From NCBI GenBank assembly GCA_035549595.1, contig DASZQQ010000475.1, positions 1-36,241 of the forward strand: a DNA stretch of 36,241 nt. Reading direction: 5' to 3'. The notes under the pieces were generated by a model, which ran no database searches, was not told the origin of the DNA, and saw only the letters and a list, made by a program, of their open reading frames with translations. Both the position numbers and the translations under genes were made by a program. The stretch's first letter is position 1. Each line of letters starts with the position of its first letter. This DNA is from Caulobacteraceae bacterium. Its GTDB lineage: Bacteria > Pseudomonadota > Alphaproteobacteria > Caulobacterales > Caulobacteraceae. This document shows positions 17,771-27,607 of this stretch, piece by piece.

Positions 17771-18139
17771 TCAGGCCATCTGGGCCTGGAAGGCGGGGAC
17801 GTCGAAGTAGTCGCGCCAGGCGGCGATCTTGCCGTCCTTCAGCTCGAAGACGCCCATGACCGGAATGCTGAGCATCCGGTCGGCGAGCTCGAAGTCGTCC
17901 GTACGCTCGGTCAGGACGGCGCCGCCCGCCGTCTCGGCGATGTGCCGCACCGTCCAGCGCACCGCCTTCGCCCCGCCCAGGAACGGCGTCACCATGGCGC
18001 GGATCTGGTCGTGGCCCACCGCCTCCGGCAGGCCGACGTTCAGGTAGCGCGCGTCCGCCGTCATCATGCCGACGATGCGCTCCACGTCGCGCGCCTCCCA
18101 GGCGGCGATGAAGTCGAGGACGATCTGGCTGTTGGACAT
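17771..18139 (-). CDS. Limonene-1,2-epoxide hydrolase family protein
   Basis: Y.NV, VLTERTDDF, PVMGVFE..DGKIAAWRDYFD catalytic R/D/D motifs. Confidence 0.9.
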   Translation of the reverse strand: MSNSQIVLDFIAAWEARDVERIVGMMTADARYLNVGLPEAVGHDQIRAMVTPFLGGAKAVRWTVRHIAETAGGAVLTERTDDFELADRMLSIPVMGVFELKDGKIAAWRDYFDVPAFQAQMA

Positions 18140-18189
18140 GGCGGGTCTCCCGGTGACGGCGAGGCGAGGATCGGGCGGCTCTCCCGCCG

Positions 18190-19473
18190 TCAGTCAAACG
18201 CCAGGTGCAGTTCCAGGACGCCGCGCAGCAGGATGTTCGGGCTGTAGCGGAAGGTGTTCTTCCCCTCCTGGAAGCGCAGGTTCTTCAGCCGCTGCAGCAG
18301 GATCGGGAAGGCCGTCATCATCTCCTTGCGGGCCAGGGGCGCGCCGATGCAGGTGTGGATGCCGGCGCCGAAGGCCAGATGGCTGCGCGCGTTCTCGCGG
18401 GTGACGTCGAACCGGTCCGCGCCCGGGAAGTGGCTCTCGTCGCGGTTGGCCGAGCCGTAGCGCACCAGGATCATCTCGCCGGCCTTGACCGGGAAGCCGC
18501 CGATCTCGGCGTCGCGCGTCGCCACCCGCCACATGTTGTTGGTCGGCGTGAGGAACCGCAGCGTCTCCTCGACGAAGCCCGGGATCAGCTCCGGATCGGC
18601 CTTCACCCGCGCCAGCTGCTCGGGGTTGGAGATCAGGTAGTAGAGGCCGGCGGTCAGGGAGTGGGCCGTGGTCTCGTTGCCGGCCACCAGCAGCTGCTGC
18701 AGGATCGACAGCAGCTCGCCGTACTCCATCTTGCGCGGGTCGCCCTCCTCGGCGAGGTCGGCGTGGACGAGGTCGGAGATGATGTCGTCGGTGGGATTGG
18801 CCCGCTTCTCCTCGATCTTGCCCACGAAGTAGCGCTGGAACTCGACGATCTTGCGCGCGGCATCGAGCCGGGCGGCCTTGTCGGAGACGCCGCCCAGCTG
18901 GACGATGAAGGCGTCCGACCACTGGTGGAAGCGGTCCATGTCGGCGCGCGGCACGCCCAGGCAGTCGGCGATGACCGTCATCGGCAGGTGGTTGGCGAAG
19001 GCCGACTTGAACTCGCACTGGCCGGCGCCGGCGAAGGTGTCGATCAGGTCGTTGGCGACCTTCGCCACATAGTCGCCCATGCCCTCGACGCGCTTGTAGG
19101 TGAAGGCCTTGGCAGAGAGCTTGCGGTAGCGGGTGTGCGCCGGCGGGTCGGCCGTCAGCATGGTGTTCGCCACCGGCCAGCCCTCGGAGAGGATGGCCAG
19201 CTCGTCCTGGTCGATCCCCTGAGTCGAGCCCGAGCGCAGCTGGGTCGAGAAGTCGTTGGAGAACACCAGCGGCTGGCGGTTGACCTCCATGACGAGGTCG
19301 TAGGTGGCCACCGACACCACCCCCGTCACCGGGTCGCGGTAGACCGGCGCCTCCGAGCGGAGGCGCGCGAAGTACGGATAGGGGTCCTGCAGCAGCTCCG
19401 GATCGAAGGCGTTGATCTTCTCCAGCGGGCAGGTGCGGACGTCGAGCGCGCCCGGGTGGTCGTCGTGGGCCAT
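18190..19473 (-). CDS. Cytochrome P450
   Basis: AGNETT I-helix, EETLR, HLAFGAGIHTCIG heme motif. Confidence 0.96.
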   Translation of the reverse strand: MAHDDHPGALDVRTCPLEKINAFDPELLQDPYPYFARLRSEAPVYRDPVTGVVSVATYDLVMEVNRQPLVFSNDFSTQLRSGSTQGIDQDELAILSEGWPVANTMLTADPPAHTRYRKLSAKAFTYKRVEGMGDYVAKVANDLIDTFAGAGQCEFKSAFANHLPMTVIADCLGVPRADMDRFHQWSDAFIVQLGGVSDKAARLDAARKIVEFQRYFVGKIEEKRANPTDDIISDLVHADLAEEGDPRKMEYGELLSILQQLLVAGNETTAHSLTAGLYYLISNPEQLARVKADPELIPGFVEETLRFLTPTNNMWRVATRDAEIGGFPVKAGEMILVRYGSANRDESHFPGADRFDVTRENARSHLAFGAGIHTCIGAPLARKEMMTAFPILLQRLKNLRFQEGKNTFRYSPNILLRGVLELHLAFD

Positions 19474-19484
19474 GGTGGTCTCCC

Positions 19485-20252
19485 TCAGGCCAGGTAGCCG
19501 CCGTCGACGGGCAGGTCCGCGCCGGTGGTGAAGCTCGACTCGTCCGACGCCAGGAACACGACCGCCTCGGCGGGCTCGCCGGGCCTGCCGAGCCGCTTCA
19601 TCGGATGCACCTGGGCGAAGCCGGCGATGACCTGTTCGCGGGTCGCGCCCGCGGCCTCGCCGGCGGCGATGTAGCCGTCGACCATCTCGGTGTGGATCGC
19701 GCCCGGCAGGACGGCGTTGACGCGGATGTCGTAGCCCTGCTCGGCGCAGTGCAGCGCCACCGAGCGGGTCAGAAGGCGCACCCCGCCCTTCGACGCGGCG
19801 TAGGCCGGGAAGATGGCGCCGGCGCGCACGCCGAGCGTCGAGGCGAGGTTGACGATCGAGCCGCCCTTGCCGCCCTTCAGCGCCGCCACGCCGTGCTTGC
19901 AGCCCAGGAAGACGCCGTCGAGGTTGATGCCGATGGTGCGGCGGAAGCCCTCGAGGGTCTCCTCCTCGATGTTGGCGGGGATCGACACGCCGGCAGAGTT
20001 GACCACCGTCGTCAGGGCGCCGAAGCGGCTCTGGGCCGTCTTCACCGCGCCCGCCCAGTCGGCATCGCTGGTCACGTCGAGTCGGACGAACGAGGCCGCC
20101 TCCCCCAAGGCACGCGCCAGCGCCTCGCCCTTCTCGACCTGGATGTCGCCCAGGACGACCTTGGCCCCCTCCTCGACGAATCGCCGCGCGGATGCCGCGC
20201 CGATGCCGCTGGCCGCGCCGCTGATCAGGGCGACTTTTCCCTTAAGACGCAT
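19485..20252 (-). CDS. SDR family oxidoreductase (3alpha,20beta-HSD/cyclopentanol dehydrogenase-like)
   Basis: ATG 20252; SGAASGIG, VNSAG, YAASKGGVRLLTRSVALHCA. Confidence 0.9.
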   Translation of the reverse strand: MRLKGKVALISGAASGIGAASARRFVEEGAKVVLGDIQVEKGEALARALGEAASFVRLDVTSDADWAGAVKTAQSRFGALTTVVNSAGVSIPANIEEETLEGFRRTIGINLDGVFLGCKHGVAALKGGKGGSIVNLASTLGVRAGAIFPAYAASKGGVRLLTRSVALHCAEQGYDIRVNAVLPGAIHTEMVDGYIAAGEAAGATREQVIAGFAQVHPMKRLGRPGEPAEAVVFLASDESSFTTGADLPVDGGYLA

Positions 20253-20345
20253 GGCTTTGCGCGTCCCTCCCCACTGCGTTTCCACCGCCGGCGTGCGTGC
20301 GCCGCCAAGCTTGCCCGACCGTAGCCGATCTGTTGCGTCGAAAAG

Positions 20346-20387
20346 AAACAGATAATCTTGCTTATAACAAGCACGCTTGACTTTTTT
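20346..20387. promoter_or_regulatory. Putative operator 4 (best palindrome, possibly tandem)
   Basis: AACAAGC-AC-GCTTGACTTTTTT at 20366-20387, preceded by weaker AAACAGATAATCTTGCTT; overlaps a TTGACT -35-like hexamer. Confidence 0.65.
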
Positions 20388-20480
20388 CAGGGTAACCCGA
20401 AGATCACCCCCATCGCGCCGTGGGGCGAGAGGGCAAGCCAGAAGCCCCCGCCCCGTCCACAGAGCACGGGGGAGACGTCT

Positions 20481-22838
20481 ATGGGTTATCGAGCCAACCG
20501 GCGCATTGCGCGCCCGATTCTGGCTTCGCTGGGCGCGGTCGCGCTGGCGGGGCTGTTCACGCCGGCCATGGCCGCCGAGGCCACGTCCGACACCGCCGCT
20601 GCGTCCGCCGGCGGCGGGGTCGAGGTCGAAACCATCATCGTCACGGCCCGTCGCCGCGAAGAGAACCTGCAGACCGCGCCGGTGTCGGTCACGGCGGTCT
20701 CGCCGACGCAGCTGAAGAACGCCGCCGCGGTCGACATCCGCGACCTGGCCGGCCGCGCGCCGGACCTCGTCATCGACCCGGTCAACGCCGGCCCCTCGGC
20801 CGCCGCGATCTCGATCCGCGGCATCAGCTTCGAGGACATCGAAAAGTCCTTCGACCCGGCCGTGGGCGTGCTCATCGACGACGTCTACATCGGCACCAAC
20901 ACGGGCCAGCTGACCGACACCTTCGACCTGGCCTCGGTCCAGGTGCTGCGCGGCCCGCAGGGCACCCTCTTCGGCCGCAACACCATCGGCGGCGTCGTCA
21001 GCCTGCAGCGCACCCGCCCCACCGGCGAGTTCGGCGGCCAGGTGGACGTCATCGTCGGCGACTACGGGCGCCAGGAATACAAGGGCGTGCTGAACCTGCC
21101 GAAGATCGGCGACGTGCTGTCGACCAAGCTGTTCGTCAGCGAGCGCAAGTCCGACGGCTACATGCAGAACGTGACGCTGAACCAGCGCACGCCGGGCTCG
21201 GACGTGCTGCGCTTCGGCGGCGCCTTCCTCATCCAGCCGACGTCCAACTTCGACCTGAACCTCACGCTCGAGCACTCGCGCGAGCGCAGCCACAACGACC
21301 AGGCGCCGCTGTCGGCCAGCACCGACCTGATCTGCGCCCAGCTGCCCTTCGGTCCCGGCGGCTCCCTGATCTACCTCGGCCCGCCCTTCCAGCCGCCCGC
21401 CAGCGAGTGCAACCGCGGCACGGGCGCGGACCTCTACACCACCTTCAGCAACAAGCTCGGCGTGCTGAACAACGACGAGAACGACATCACCGCCCAGGCC
21501 AACTGGCGCCTCGGCGGGGTGACCCTGACCTCGATCACCGGCTACCGGCGCAACAAGGAGCACGCGGTCCAGGACTTCGACTCCGTGTCGATCGACTTCT
21601 TCGACACCGTGCGCGACCAGATCTACCACCAGGTCAGCCAGGAGTTCCGGCTCTCGGGCAAGGTCACCGACGCGGCGGACTTCGTGGTCGGGGCCTACTA
21701 CTTCGACAGCCACTATAGCCTCGACCAGGCGACCAACTACGGCCTGCTGCTGCAGGCGGCGGCCGGCCTGCCGGCGCAGGGCCGCCAGCAGGTCGAGCAC
21801 AATTCGCGCTCGTACGCCGTGTTCGGCGACGTCGACTGGACCTTCGCCCCGAACTGGCGCCTGAGCGTCGGCGGCCGCTACACGCGCGACGAAAAGCATC
21901 TCGACAACAGCTACCCCGGGGTCTTCGCGACCAGCGCCGGGGCGAGCTGGGGCCAGTTCACGCCGCGCGCCTCGATCGACTGGCGCCCGACCTCGGACGT
22001 CATGCTCTACGCATCCTACTCGCGCGGCTTCCGCTCCGGTGGCTTCAACGGCCGTTCTGCAACGCCGATCTCGTCGACGACGCCGTACAATCCGGAGAAG
22101 GTCGACGCCTACGAGGCCGGGGCCAAGACCTCCTGGCTGGACCATCGCCTGGTCCTGAACGCCTCGGTGTTCGACACCGAGTACAAGGACAAGCAGGAGG
22201 AGGTCGTCGTCCCGGTCACCAGCGGCGGGGCCAACGCCCAGGAGACCCTGGTCGCCAACGCCGCCCAGGCGCGGATCTACGGGGCCGAGTTCGAGCTGCA
22301 GGCGCAGCCGACGCGCGAGCTCAGCCTGCGCGCCTCGCTGGGCCTGCTGCACGCCCAGTACGGCCGGTTCCTGCAGGTGGACGCCACCTACCCGACGCTG
22401 AACGACGACATGTCGAACCTGACGCTGCGGCGCGCGCCGAAGGTCACGGCCGACGTCGGCTTCGACTACCGCATGCCGGTGTCGTTCGGGACCGTGAGCC
22501 TCTCGGCCGACTACCGCTACATCGGCGCCCACGAGACGGTGATCACCCCGGCGCCGGGCACGGGCGTCTACACCGGCGCCGGCTGCCCGACCACCAACTG
22601 CACCTACATCGCCCCGATCAACGACCCGCGCGGTCATGCGGTGGCGAGCAACCTGATCGACGCCAGCCTCGGCTTCGAGCATCCGATCGGCGACCGCAAC
22701 GTGCGCATCGCCGTCTTCGGGCGCAACCTGCTCGACGAGCGGCACCTGGCCGGCGCCCTCGCCGTCGCGGGCCTGTTCTCGTTCGGCACCGGCATCCCGC
22801 CGCGCACCTGGGGCGTGGAGCTGAGCGCGAAGTTCTAA
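20481..22838 (+). CDS. TonB-dependent outer membrane receptor
   Basis: Signal peptide, TonB box ETIIVTARRREE, VQVLRGPQGTLFGRNTIGG, terminal Phe. Confidence 0.95.
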   Translation: MGYRANRRIARPILASLGAVALAGLFTPAMAAEATSDTAAASAGGGVEVETIIVTARRREENLQTAPVSVTAVSPTQLKNAAAVDIRDLAGRAPDLVIDPVNAGPSAAAISIRGISFEDIEKSFDPAVGVLIDDVYIGTNTGQLTDTFDLASVQVLRGPQGTLFGRNTIGGVVSLQRTRPTGEFGGQVDVIVGDYGRQEYKGVLNLPKIGDVLSTKLFVSERKSDGYMQNVTLNQRTPGSDVLRFGGAFLIQPTSNFDLNLTLEHSRERSHNDQAPLSASTDLICAQLPFGPGGSLIYLGPPFQPPASECNRGTGADLYTTFSNKLGVLNNDENDITAQANWRLGGVTLTSITGYRRNKEHAVQDFDSVSIDFFDTVRDQIYHQVSQEFRLSGKVTDAADFVVGAYYFDSHYSLDQATNYGLLLQAAAGLPAQGRQQVEHNSRSYAVFGDVDWTFAPNWRLSVGGRYTRDEKHLDNSYPGVFATSAGASWGQFTPRASIDWRPTSDVMLYASYSRGFRSGGFNGRSATPISSTTPYNPEKVDAYEAGAKTSWLDHRLVLNASVFDTEYKDKQEEVVVPVTSGGANAQETLVANAAQARIYGAEFELQAQPTRELSLRASLGLLHAQYGRFLQVDATYPTLNDDMSNLTLRRAPKVTADVGFDYRMPVSFGTVSLSADYRYIGAHETVITPAPGTGVYTGAGCPTTNCTYIAPINDPRGHAVASNLIDASLGFEHPIGDRNVRIAVFGRNLLDERHLAGALAVAGLFSFGTGIPPRTWGVELSAKF

Positions 22839-22846
22839 AGGCGCAC

Positions 22847-22887
22847 CGGCCGCCCCGGGCGCGTCCGGGGCGGCCGAGTTCTTTTCT
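22847..22887 (+). terminator. Hairpin/intrinsic terminator after TonB receptor
   Basis: 12-bp perfect stem CGGCCGCCCCGG/CCGGGGCGGCCG then AGTTCTTTTCT. Confidence 0.7.
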
Positions 22888-22902
22888 GTGATCGAGGGTG
22901 GC

Positions 22903-23616
22903 GTGGCTGAGGAAGCGGAATTGTCTGGACGGGCGGCGATCGTCACGGGCGCCAGCCACGGCGCCGGACGCGCGATCGCCCACGCCCTGGCCAAGGCCGG
23001 CGCGCGCGTCGTCCTGACGGGCCCGGACGCCGAGGCCGGCCGCGCCGCCGCCTCGGCCATCGAAGCCGAGGGCGGCGAAGCCCTGTTCGTGGCCGCCGAC
23101 CAGGCCCGCGACGACGACTGGGCGAAGGCGGTCGAGAGCGCCGAGGCGCGGTTCGGCCGGCTCGACGTGCTCGCCGTCTGCCCGGCCGCGACAGCGGCGG
23201 TCCCGACCGCCGGGCTCTCCCTCGCGGACTTCCGGGCGGCGAACGACACCAATCTCAAAGGGCCTTTCCTGGGGCTGAAGCACGGCGTCGCCGCCATGCG
23301 CCGCGGCGGGCGCGGCGGCAGCGTGATCTTCGTGGCCTCGGTCGCTGGCCGCGTCGGGCTGAACCACCGCCTCGCCGAGACCGGCGCCATGGCCGGCGTG
23401 CGCCTGCTGGCCAAGGCCGCGGCGCTGGAGCTGGGCCCTGAGGGCATCCGCGTGAACACCATCCAGCCGGGCCTGGCCGATGCGGACGACACCCCGCTCG
23501 GCCGACCGGTCGCGCCGGCCGACGTCGCCCAGGCGGCGGTCTACCTCGCGTCCGACCGTTCCATCTTCATGACCGGCGCCGACATCGTCGTCGACGGCGG
23601 CTGGACGATCCGATGA
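22903..23616 (+). CDS. Atypical SDR lacking catalytic YxxxK
   Basis: TGASHGAG intact; NNAG replaced by VCPA; YxxxK position reads ETGAM; GTG start 22903 (or 22888). Confidence 0.8.
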   Translation: MAEEAELSGRAAIVTGASHGAGRAIAHALAKAGARVVLTGPDAEAGRAAASAIEAEGGEALFVAADQARDDDWAKAVESAEARFGRLDVLAVCPAATAAVPTAGLSLADFRAANDTNLKGPFLGLKHGVAAMRRGGRGGSVIFVASVAGRVGLNHRLAETGAMAGVRLLAKAAALELGPEGIRVNTIQPGLADADDTPLGRPVAPADVAQAAVYLASDRSIFMTGADIVVDGGWTIR

Positions 23617-24377
23617 GCGCGCGCCTGAAGGACCGCGTCGTCGTCGTCACCGGCGCCACCAAGGGCATCGGCCGCGCCACGGCCGTGCGCCTGGCGCAGG
23701 AGGGCGCCTTCGTCATCGCCACCGGCCGCGACCGCGAGGGCGGGGCCGAGACCGAGCGCCAGGTGAAGGCGGCGGGCGGCCGGGGCCTGTTCATGCCGCA
23801 CGACGTCACCGACGAAGCCGGCTGGGCGGCCGTGATGGCCGAGGCCAAGGCCCGCGGCGGCCTCGCCGCCCTCGTCAACAACGCTGGCATGTTCTTCGTG
23901 AAGCCCCTGGCCGAGACCAGCGAGGCCGACTTCGACGCCATCTGCCGCGTCAACGTCGAGGGGACCTTCCTGGGCGTTCGCGAGGCCTTCCGCGCCTTCG
24001 CCGAGGCCGGGCGCGGCGGCGCCATCGTCAACGTCTCGTCGCTGATGGGGCTTGTCGGCTACCCCGACGCCACCGCCTACTGCGCCACCAAGGGCGCGAT
24101 CACGGGCATGACCAAGGCAGCGGCGCTGGAAGGGGCGGCCATGACGCCCAGGGTGCGGGTCAACTCCCTGCATCCCGGCGTCATCTGGACCGAGATGATC
24201 ACCGGCCAGTTCGGCGACAGCCAGGCGCTCGCCGACGCCTTCGCCGCCGACACGCCCCTGCGCATGGTCGGCAGACCCGAACACATGGCCGACGCCATCC
24301 TCTACCTGATCAGCGACGACAGCGCCTTCGTCACCGGCGCCGAGCTGACGGTGGACGGCGGGCGCGGCGCGGACTGA
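23613..24377 (+). CDS. SDR family oxidoreductase
   Basis: TGATKGIG, VNNAG, YCATK, VNSLHPG; ATGA overlap with previous gene. Confidence 0.92.
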   Translation: MSARLKDRVVVVTGATKGIGRATAVRLAQEGAFVIATGRDREGGAETERQVKAAGGRGLFMPHDVTDEAGWAAVMAEAKARGGLAALVNNAGMFFVKPLAETSEADFDAICRVNVEGTFLGVREAFRAFAEAGRGGAIVNVSSLMGLVGYPDATAYCATKGAITGMTKAAALEGAAMTPRVRVNSLHPGVIWTEMITGQFGDSQALADAFAADTPLRMVGRPEHMADAILYLISDDSAFVTGAELTVDGGRGAD

Positions 24378-24390
24378 AAGGAAACGACCC

Positions 24391-25356
24391 ATGCAGCTCA
24401 GCCGCGAGGATCTGAAACGGGCCTACGAGCGGATGTTCACCATCCGCGCCTTCGAGGAGCGCGTCGACAAGGAGTTCGCCCTCGGCAACATCCCGGGCTT
24501 CGCCCACGTCTACCTCGGCCAGGAGGCGTCCGGCGTCGGGGTCTGCTTCGACCTCACCGACGAGGACTACATCGGCTCGACCCACCGCGGCCACGGCCAC
24601 TGCATCGCCAAGGGCTGCGACGTCAAAGGCATGATGCTGGAGATCATGGGCAAGGCCGGCGGCCTGTGCGGCGGCAAGGGCGGCTCGATGCACATCGCCG
24701 ACATGTCCAAGGGCATGCTGGGGGCCAACGCCATCGTCGGCGGCTCGCCGCCGATCGCCGTGGGCGCGGCCCTGACCCAGAAGCTGAGGAAGACCGGCAA
24801 GGTCGCGGTGGCCTTTTCCGGCGACGGCGCCTCCAACCAGGGCACGACCTTCGAGGCCCTGAACATGGCCGTGGTGCTGGGCGCGCCGGCGATCTTCGCC
24901 TTCGAGAACAACGGCTACGGCGAGCACACCGCGGCGAGCTACGCCGTCGGCGCGCCGTCCATCGCCGAGCGCTGCCACAGCTTCGGCATGCCGGCCGAAA
25001 CCGTCGACGGCTCGGACTTCTTCGCCGTGCGCGAGGCCATGGGCCGAGCCCTGGAGCGCACCCGCGCCGGCGAGGGCCCCTACGCGCTGGAGCTGGTCTG
25101 CTCGCGCTTCCTCGGCCACTTCGTCGGCGATCCGCAAGGCTACCGCACGCCGGAGGAACTGGCCCAGGCCCGCGGCAACGACCCCCTGCCCCGCTTCCGC
25201 AAGGGCGTCACCGAGGCCGGCCTTCTGACCGACGCAGAGCTCGACGCCATCGAGGCCGACGTCCTTTCCCTCATCGACGAGGCGGTCGACGCCGGCCTCG
25301 CCGCCCCGCAGCCCGACCTCTCGGCCCTCGAGGCCGACGTCTACGTCCGGTACTGA
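24391..25356 (+). CDS. acoA: TPP-dependent dehydrogenase E1 alpha (acetoin dehydrogenase type)
   Basis: STHRGHGHCIAKG, GKGGSMHIAD, GDGASNQG...ENNGYGE TPP motif. Confidence 0.9.
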   Translation: MQLSREDLKRAYERMFTIRAFEERVDKEFALGNIPGFAHVYLGQEASGVGVCFDLTDEDYIGSTHRGHGHCIAKGCDVKGMMLEIMGKAGGLCGGKGGSMHIADMSKGMLGANAIVGGSPPIAVGAALTQKLRKTGKVAVAFSGDGASNQGTTFEALNMAVVLGAPAIFAFENNGYGEHTAASYAVGAPSIAERCHSFGMPAETVDGSDFFAVREAMGRALERTRAGEGPYALELVCSRFLGHFVGDPQGYRTPEELAQARGNDPLPRFRKGVTEAGLLTDAELDAIEADVLSLIDEAVDAGLAAPQPDLSALEADVYVRY

Positions 25357-25357
25357 C

Positions 25358-26365
25358 ATGCCCAGGAAGTCCTACAGACAGGCGATCAACGAGGCCCTGC
25401 GCCAGGAGATGCGCCGCGATCCGAACGTGATCATCCTGGGCGAGGACGTGGCCGGCGGCCAGGGCGCCTCAGGCGAGGCCGGCGGCGTCGGCGGCGTCTT
25501 CGGCGTCACCGGCGGCCTCTACAAGGAGTTCGGCCCCGAGCGGGTGCTGGACACCCCGATCAGCGAGAGCGCCATCATCGGCGCCGCCTCGGGGGCGGCC
25601 GTGACCGGCATGCGCCCCGTCGCCGAGATCATGTTCGTCGACTTCGTCGGCGTCTGCTTCGACCAGATCTACAACCAGGCCGCCAAGTTCCGGTACATGT
25701 TCGGGGGCAAGGCCAGGACGCCGATGGTCATCCGCACCATGATCGGCGCGGGCTTCCGCGCCGGCGCGCAGCACAGCCAGACCCTGCACCCGCTCTTCAC
25801 CATGGTGCCCGGGCTGAAGGTGGTGATGCCGTCCAACGCCTATGACGCCAAGGGCCTGATGATCCAGGCGATCCGCGACGACGACCCGGTGGTCTTCATG
25901 GAGTCCAAGGTGCTCTACGACACCGAGGGCGAGGTGCCGGACGAGGCCTACCGCATCCCCTTCGGCGAGGCGCGCGTCGCCCGCGAGGGCAAGGACCTGA
26001 CCTTCGTCGCCTTCGGCCCGATGGTGCCGCGCGCCCTGGCCGTCGCCGAGGCGCTGGCCAAGGACGGGATCTCGGCCGAGGTCATCGACCCGCGCACCAC
26101 CTCGCCGCTGGACGAGGAGGCGATCCTTGAGAGCGTCGAGAAGACCGGGCGCCTCGTCGTCGTCGACGAAAGCCCGCCGCGCTGCTCGATGGCCTCGGAC
26201 ATCGCCGGCCTCGTCGCCGACAAGGGCTTCTCGTTCCTGAAGGCCCCGATCAAGGCCGTCACCTGCCCGCACACCCCGGTGCCGTTCGCGCCGAACCTGG
26301 AAGACGAGTTCCTGCCCAACCCCCGCCGCATCGAGGCGGCGGCGCGGGCGGTCCTCGCCGCATGA
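25358..26365 (+). CDS. acoB: Dehydrogenase E1 beta (acetoin dehydrogenase type)
   Basis: DTPISESAIIG, RPVAEIMFVDF.GVCFDQI.NQAAKFRYMFGGKA, AQHSQ. Confidence 0.9.
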   Translation: MPRKSYRQAINEALRQEMRRDPNVIILGEDVAGGQGASGEAGGVGGVFGVTGGLYKEFGPERVLDTPISESAIIGAASGAAVTGMRPVAEIMFVDFVGVCFDQIYNQAAKFRYMFGGKARTPMVIRTMIGAGFRAGAQHSQTLHPLFTMVPGLKVVMPSNAYDAKGLMIQAIRDDDPVVFMESKVLYDTEGEVPDEAYRIPFGEARVAREGKDLTFVAFGPMVPRALAVAEALAKDGISAEVIDPRTTSPLDEEAILESVEKTGRLVVVDESPPRCSMASDIAGLVADKGFSFLKAPIKAVTCPHTPVPFAPNLEDEFLPNPRRIEAAARAVLAA

Positions 26366-26404
26366 CCGATCGATAGGCTCACCGTCCCTTCAAAGGAGGA
26401 CGCC

Positions 26405-27607
26405 ATGACCGACACCTTCGAGCAGCGCCTGCACGAGACGCGGCTTGGCCTTGGCCGGCGGATCGTCGAGCACATCCGCAACGGCGGCAGCGACCTGGCT
26501 GAAGGACCGATGCGCAACGACGTCTCGGTCTACCTGGACCCGGCGCGCCACGCCGCCGAGCGGCAGAAGCTGTTCCGCGAGACGCCCCTGGTGGTGTGCC
26601 TGTCGAACGACATCAAGGAGCCGGGCTCCTATCGCACCTTCGACGAGACCGGCGTGCCGATCCTGGTCGTGCGTGGCCGTGACGGCGAAGTGCGCGCGTT
26701 CCTCAACGTCTGCACCCACCGCGGCGCGCGCCTGGTGCGCGAGAGCGAGGGCAAGGCCAGGCTCTTCACCTGCTGGTTCCACGGCTGGTCCTACGCCAAC
26801 GACGGCAAGCTGGCGGCGGCGCCCGAGGCCGAGCGCTTCTGCGACGCCCTGGCCGAGCGCGACCACCTGGTCTCCGTGCCGGCGGCCGAGCGGCTGGGCC
26901 TGGTGTTCGTCCAGGCGACGCCCGGCTCGACCATGGACATCGACGCCCACCTCGGCGACTTCGCGCCCCAGCTGGAGCTGCTGCAGCTGGACAAGGCCGA
27001 GCGGGTCAAGACCGGCCAGCTGCCGGTCAAGGCCAACTGGAAGTACGCCCTCGACACCTATGGCGAGGGCTACCACTTCGCCGCCCTGCACAAGCAGACC
27101 CTGGCGCCGCACTTCCGCAACGACATCACCATCTACGACCGCTTCGGGCCGCACCACCGGGTGCTGTTCGTCTCACGCCAGATGGAAGAATGGCTGGACC
27201 GGCCCGAGGAACGGTGGGGCGTGGACCACCAGCTGGGCGGCATCCATTACATCTTCCCCAACACCATCCTGTTCGCCGGCAGCGTGTCGCCGGGCAAGGG
27301 CTACTACACCACCTTCCGCCACTTCCCGGGCGAGACCCCCGGCGAGACGATCACCTACAAGACCATCTACGCGCCCAAGGGCGTCCACTCCGAGGAGTAC
27401 CGCAAGGAGGTCGAGGACGCCTTCGACGCCACCGCCCACGTGGTGACGACCGAGGACTATGTGGTCGCCGCCGAGGGCTGGCGGAACCTCGCCGCCCTGC
27501 CGAAGGGCTCGACGGTCGTGTACGGGCGCCAGGAGCTGGCGCTGCAGAACCAGCACCGCACCATCGCCAGCGCCATCGGCATGCCGCTGCCGGAGACCGC
27601 GGCATGA
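26405..27607 (+). CDS. Rieske non-heme iron oxygenase, alpha subunit (second)
   Basis: CTHRG...CWFHGW; NWK...D...EGYHFAALH; C-terminal ED. Confidence 0.92.
   Translation: MTDTFEQRLHETRLGLGRRIVEHIRNGGSDLAEGPMRNDVSVYLDPARHAAERQKLFRETPLVVCLSNDIKEPGSYRTFDETGVPILVVRGRDGEVRAFLNVCTHRGARLVRESEGKARLFTCWFHGWSYANDGKLAAAPEAERFCDALAERDHLVSVPAAERLGLVFVQATPGSTMDIDAHLGDFAPQLELLQLDKAERVKTGQLPVKANWKYALDTYGEGYHFAALHKQTLAPHFRNDITIYDRFGPHHRVLFVSRQMEEWLDRPEERWGVDHQLGGIHYIFPNTILFAGSVSPGKGYYTTFRHFPGETPGETITYKTIYAPKGVHSEEYRKEVEDAFDATAHVVTTEDYVVAAEGWRNLAALPKGSTVVYGRQELALQNQHRTIASAIGMPLPETAA

Noticed and set aside
19485-23492. 1335-aa minus-strand ORF
   Set aside because: Only the last 255 aa (from ATG 20252) are a real SDR; the rest is the antisense shadow of the TonB receptor and SDR genes in GC-rich DNA
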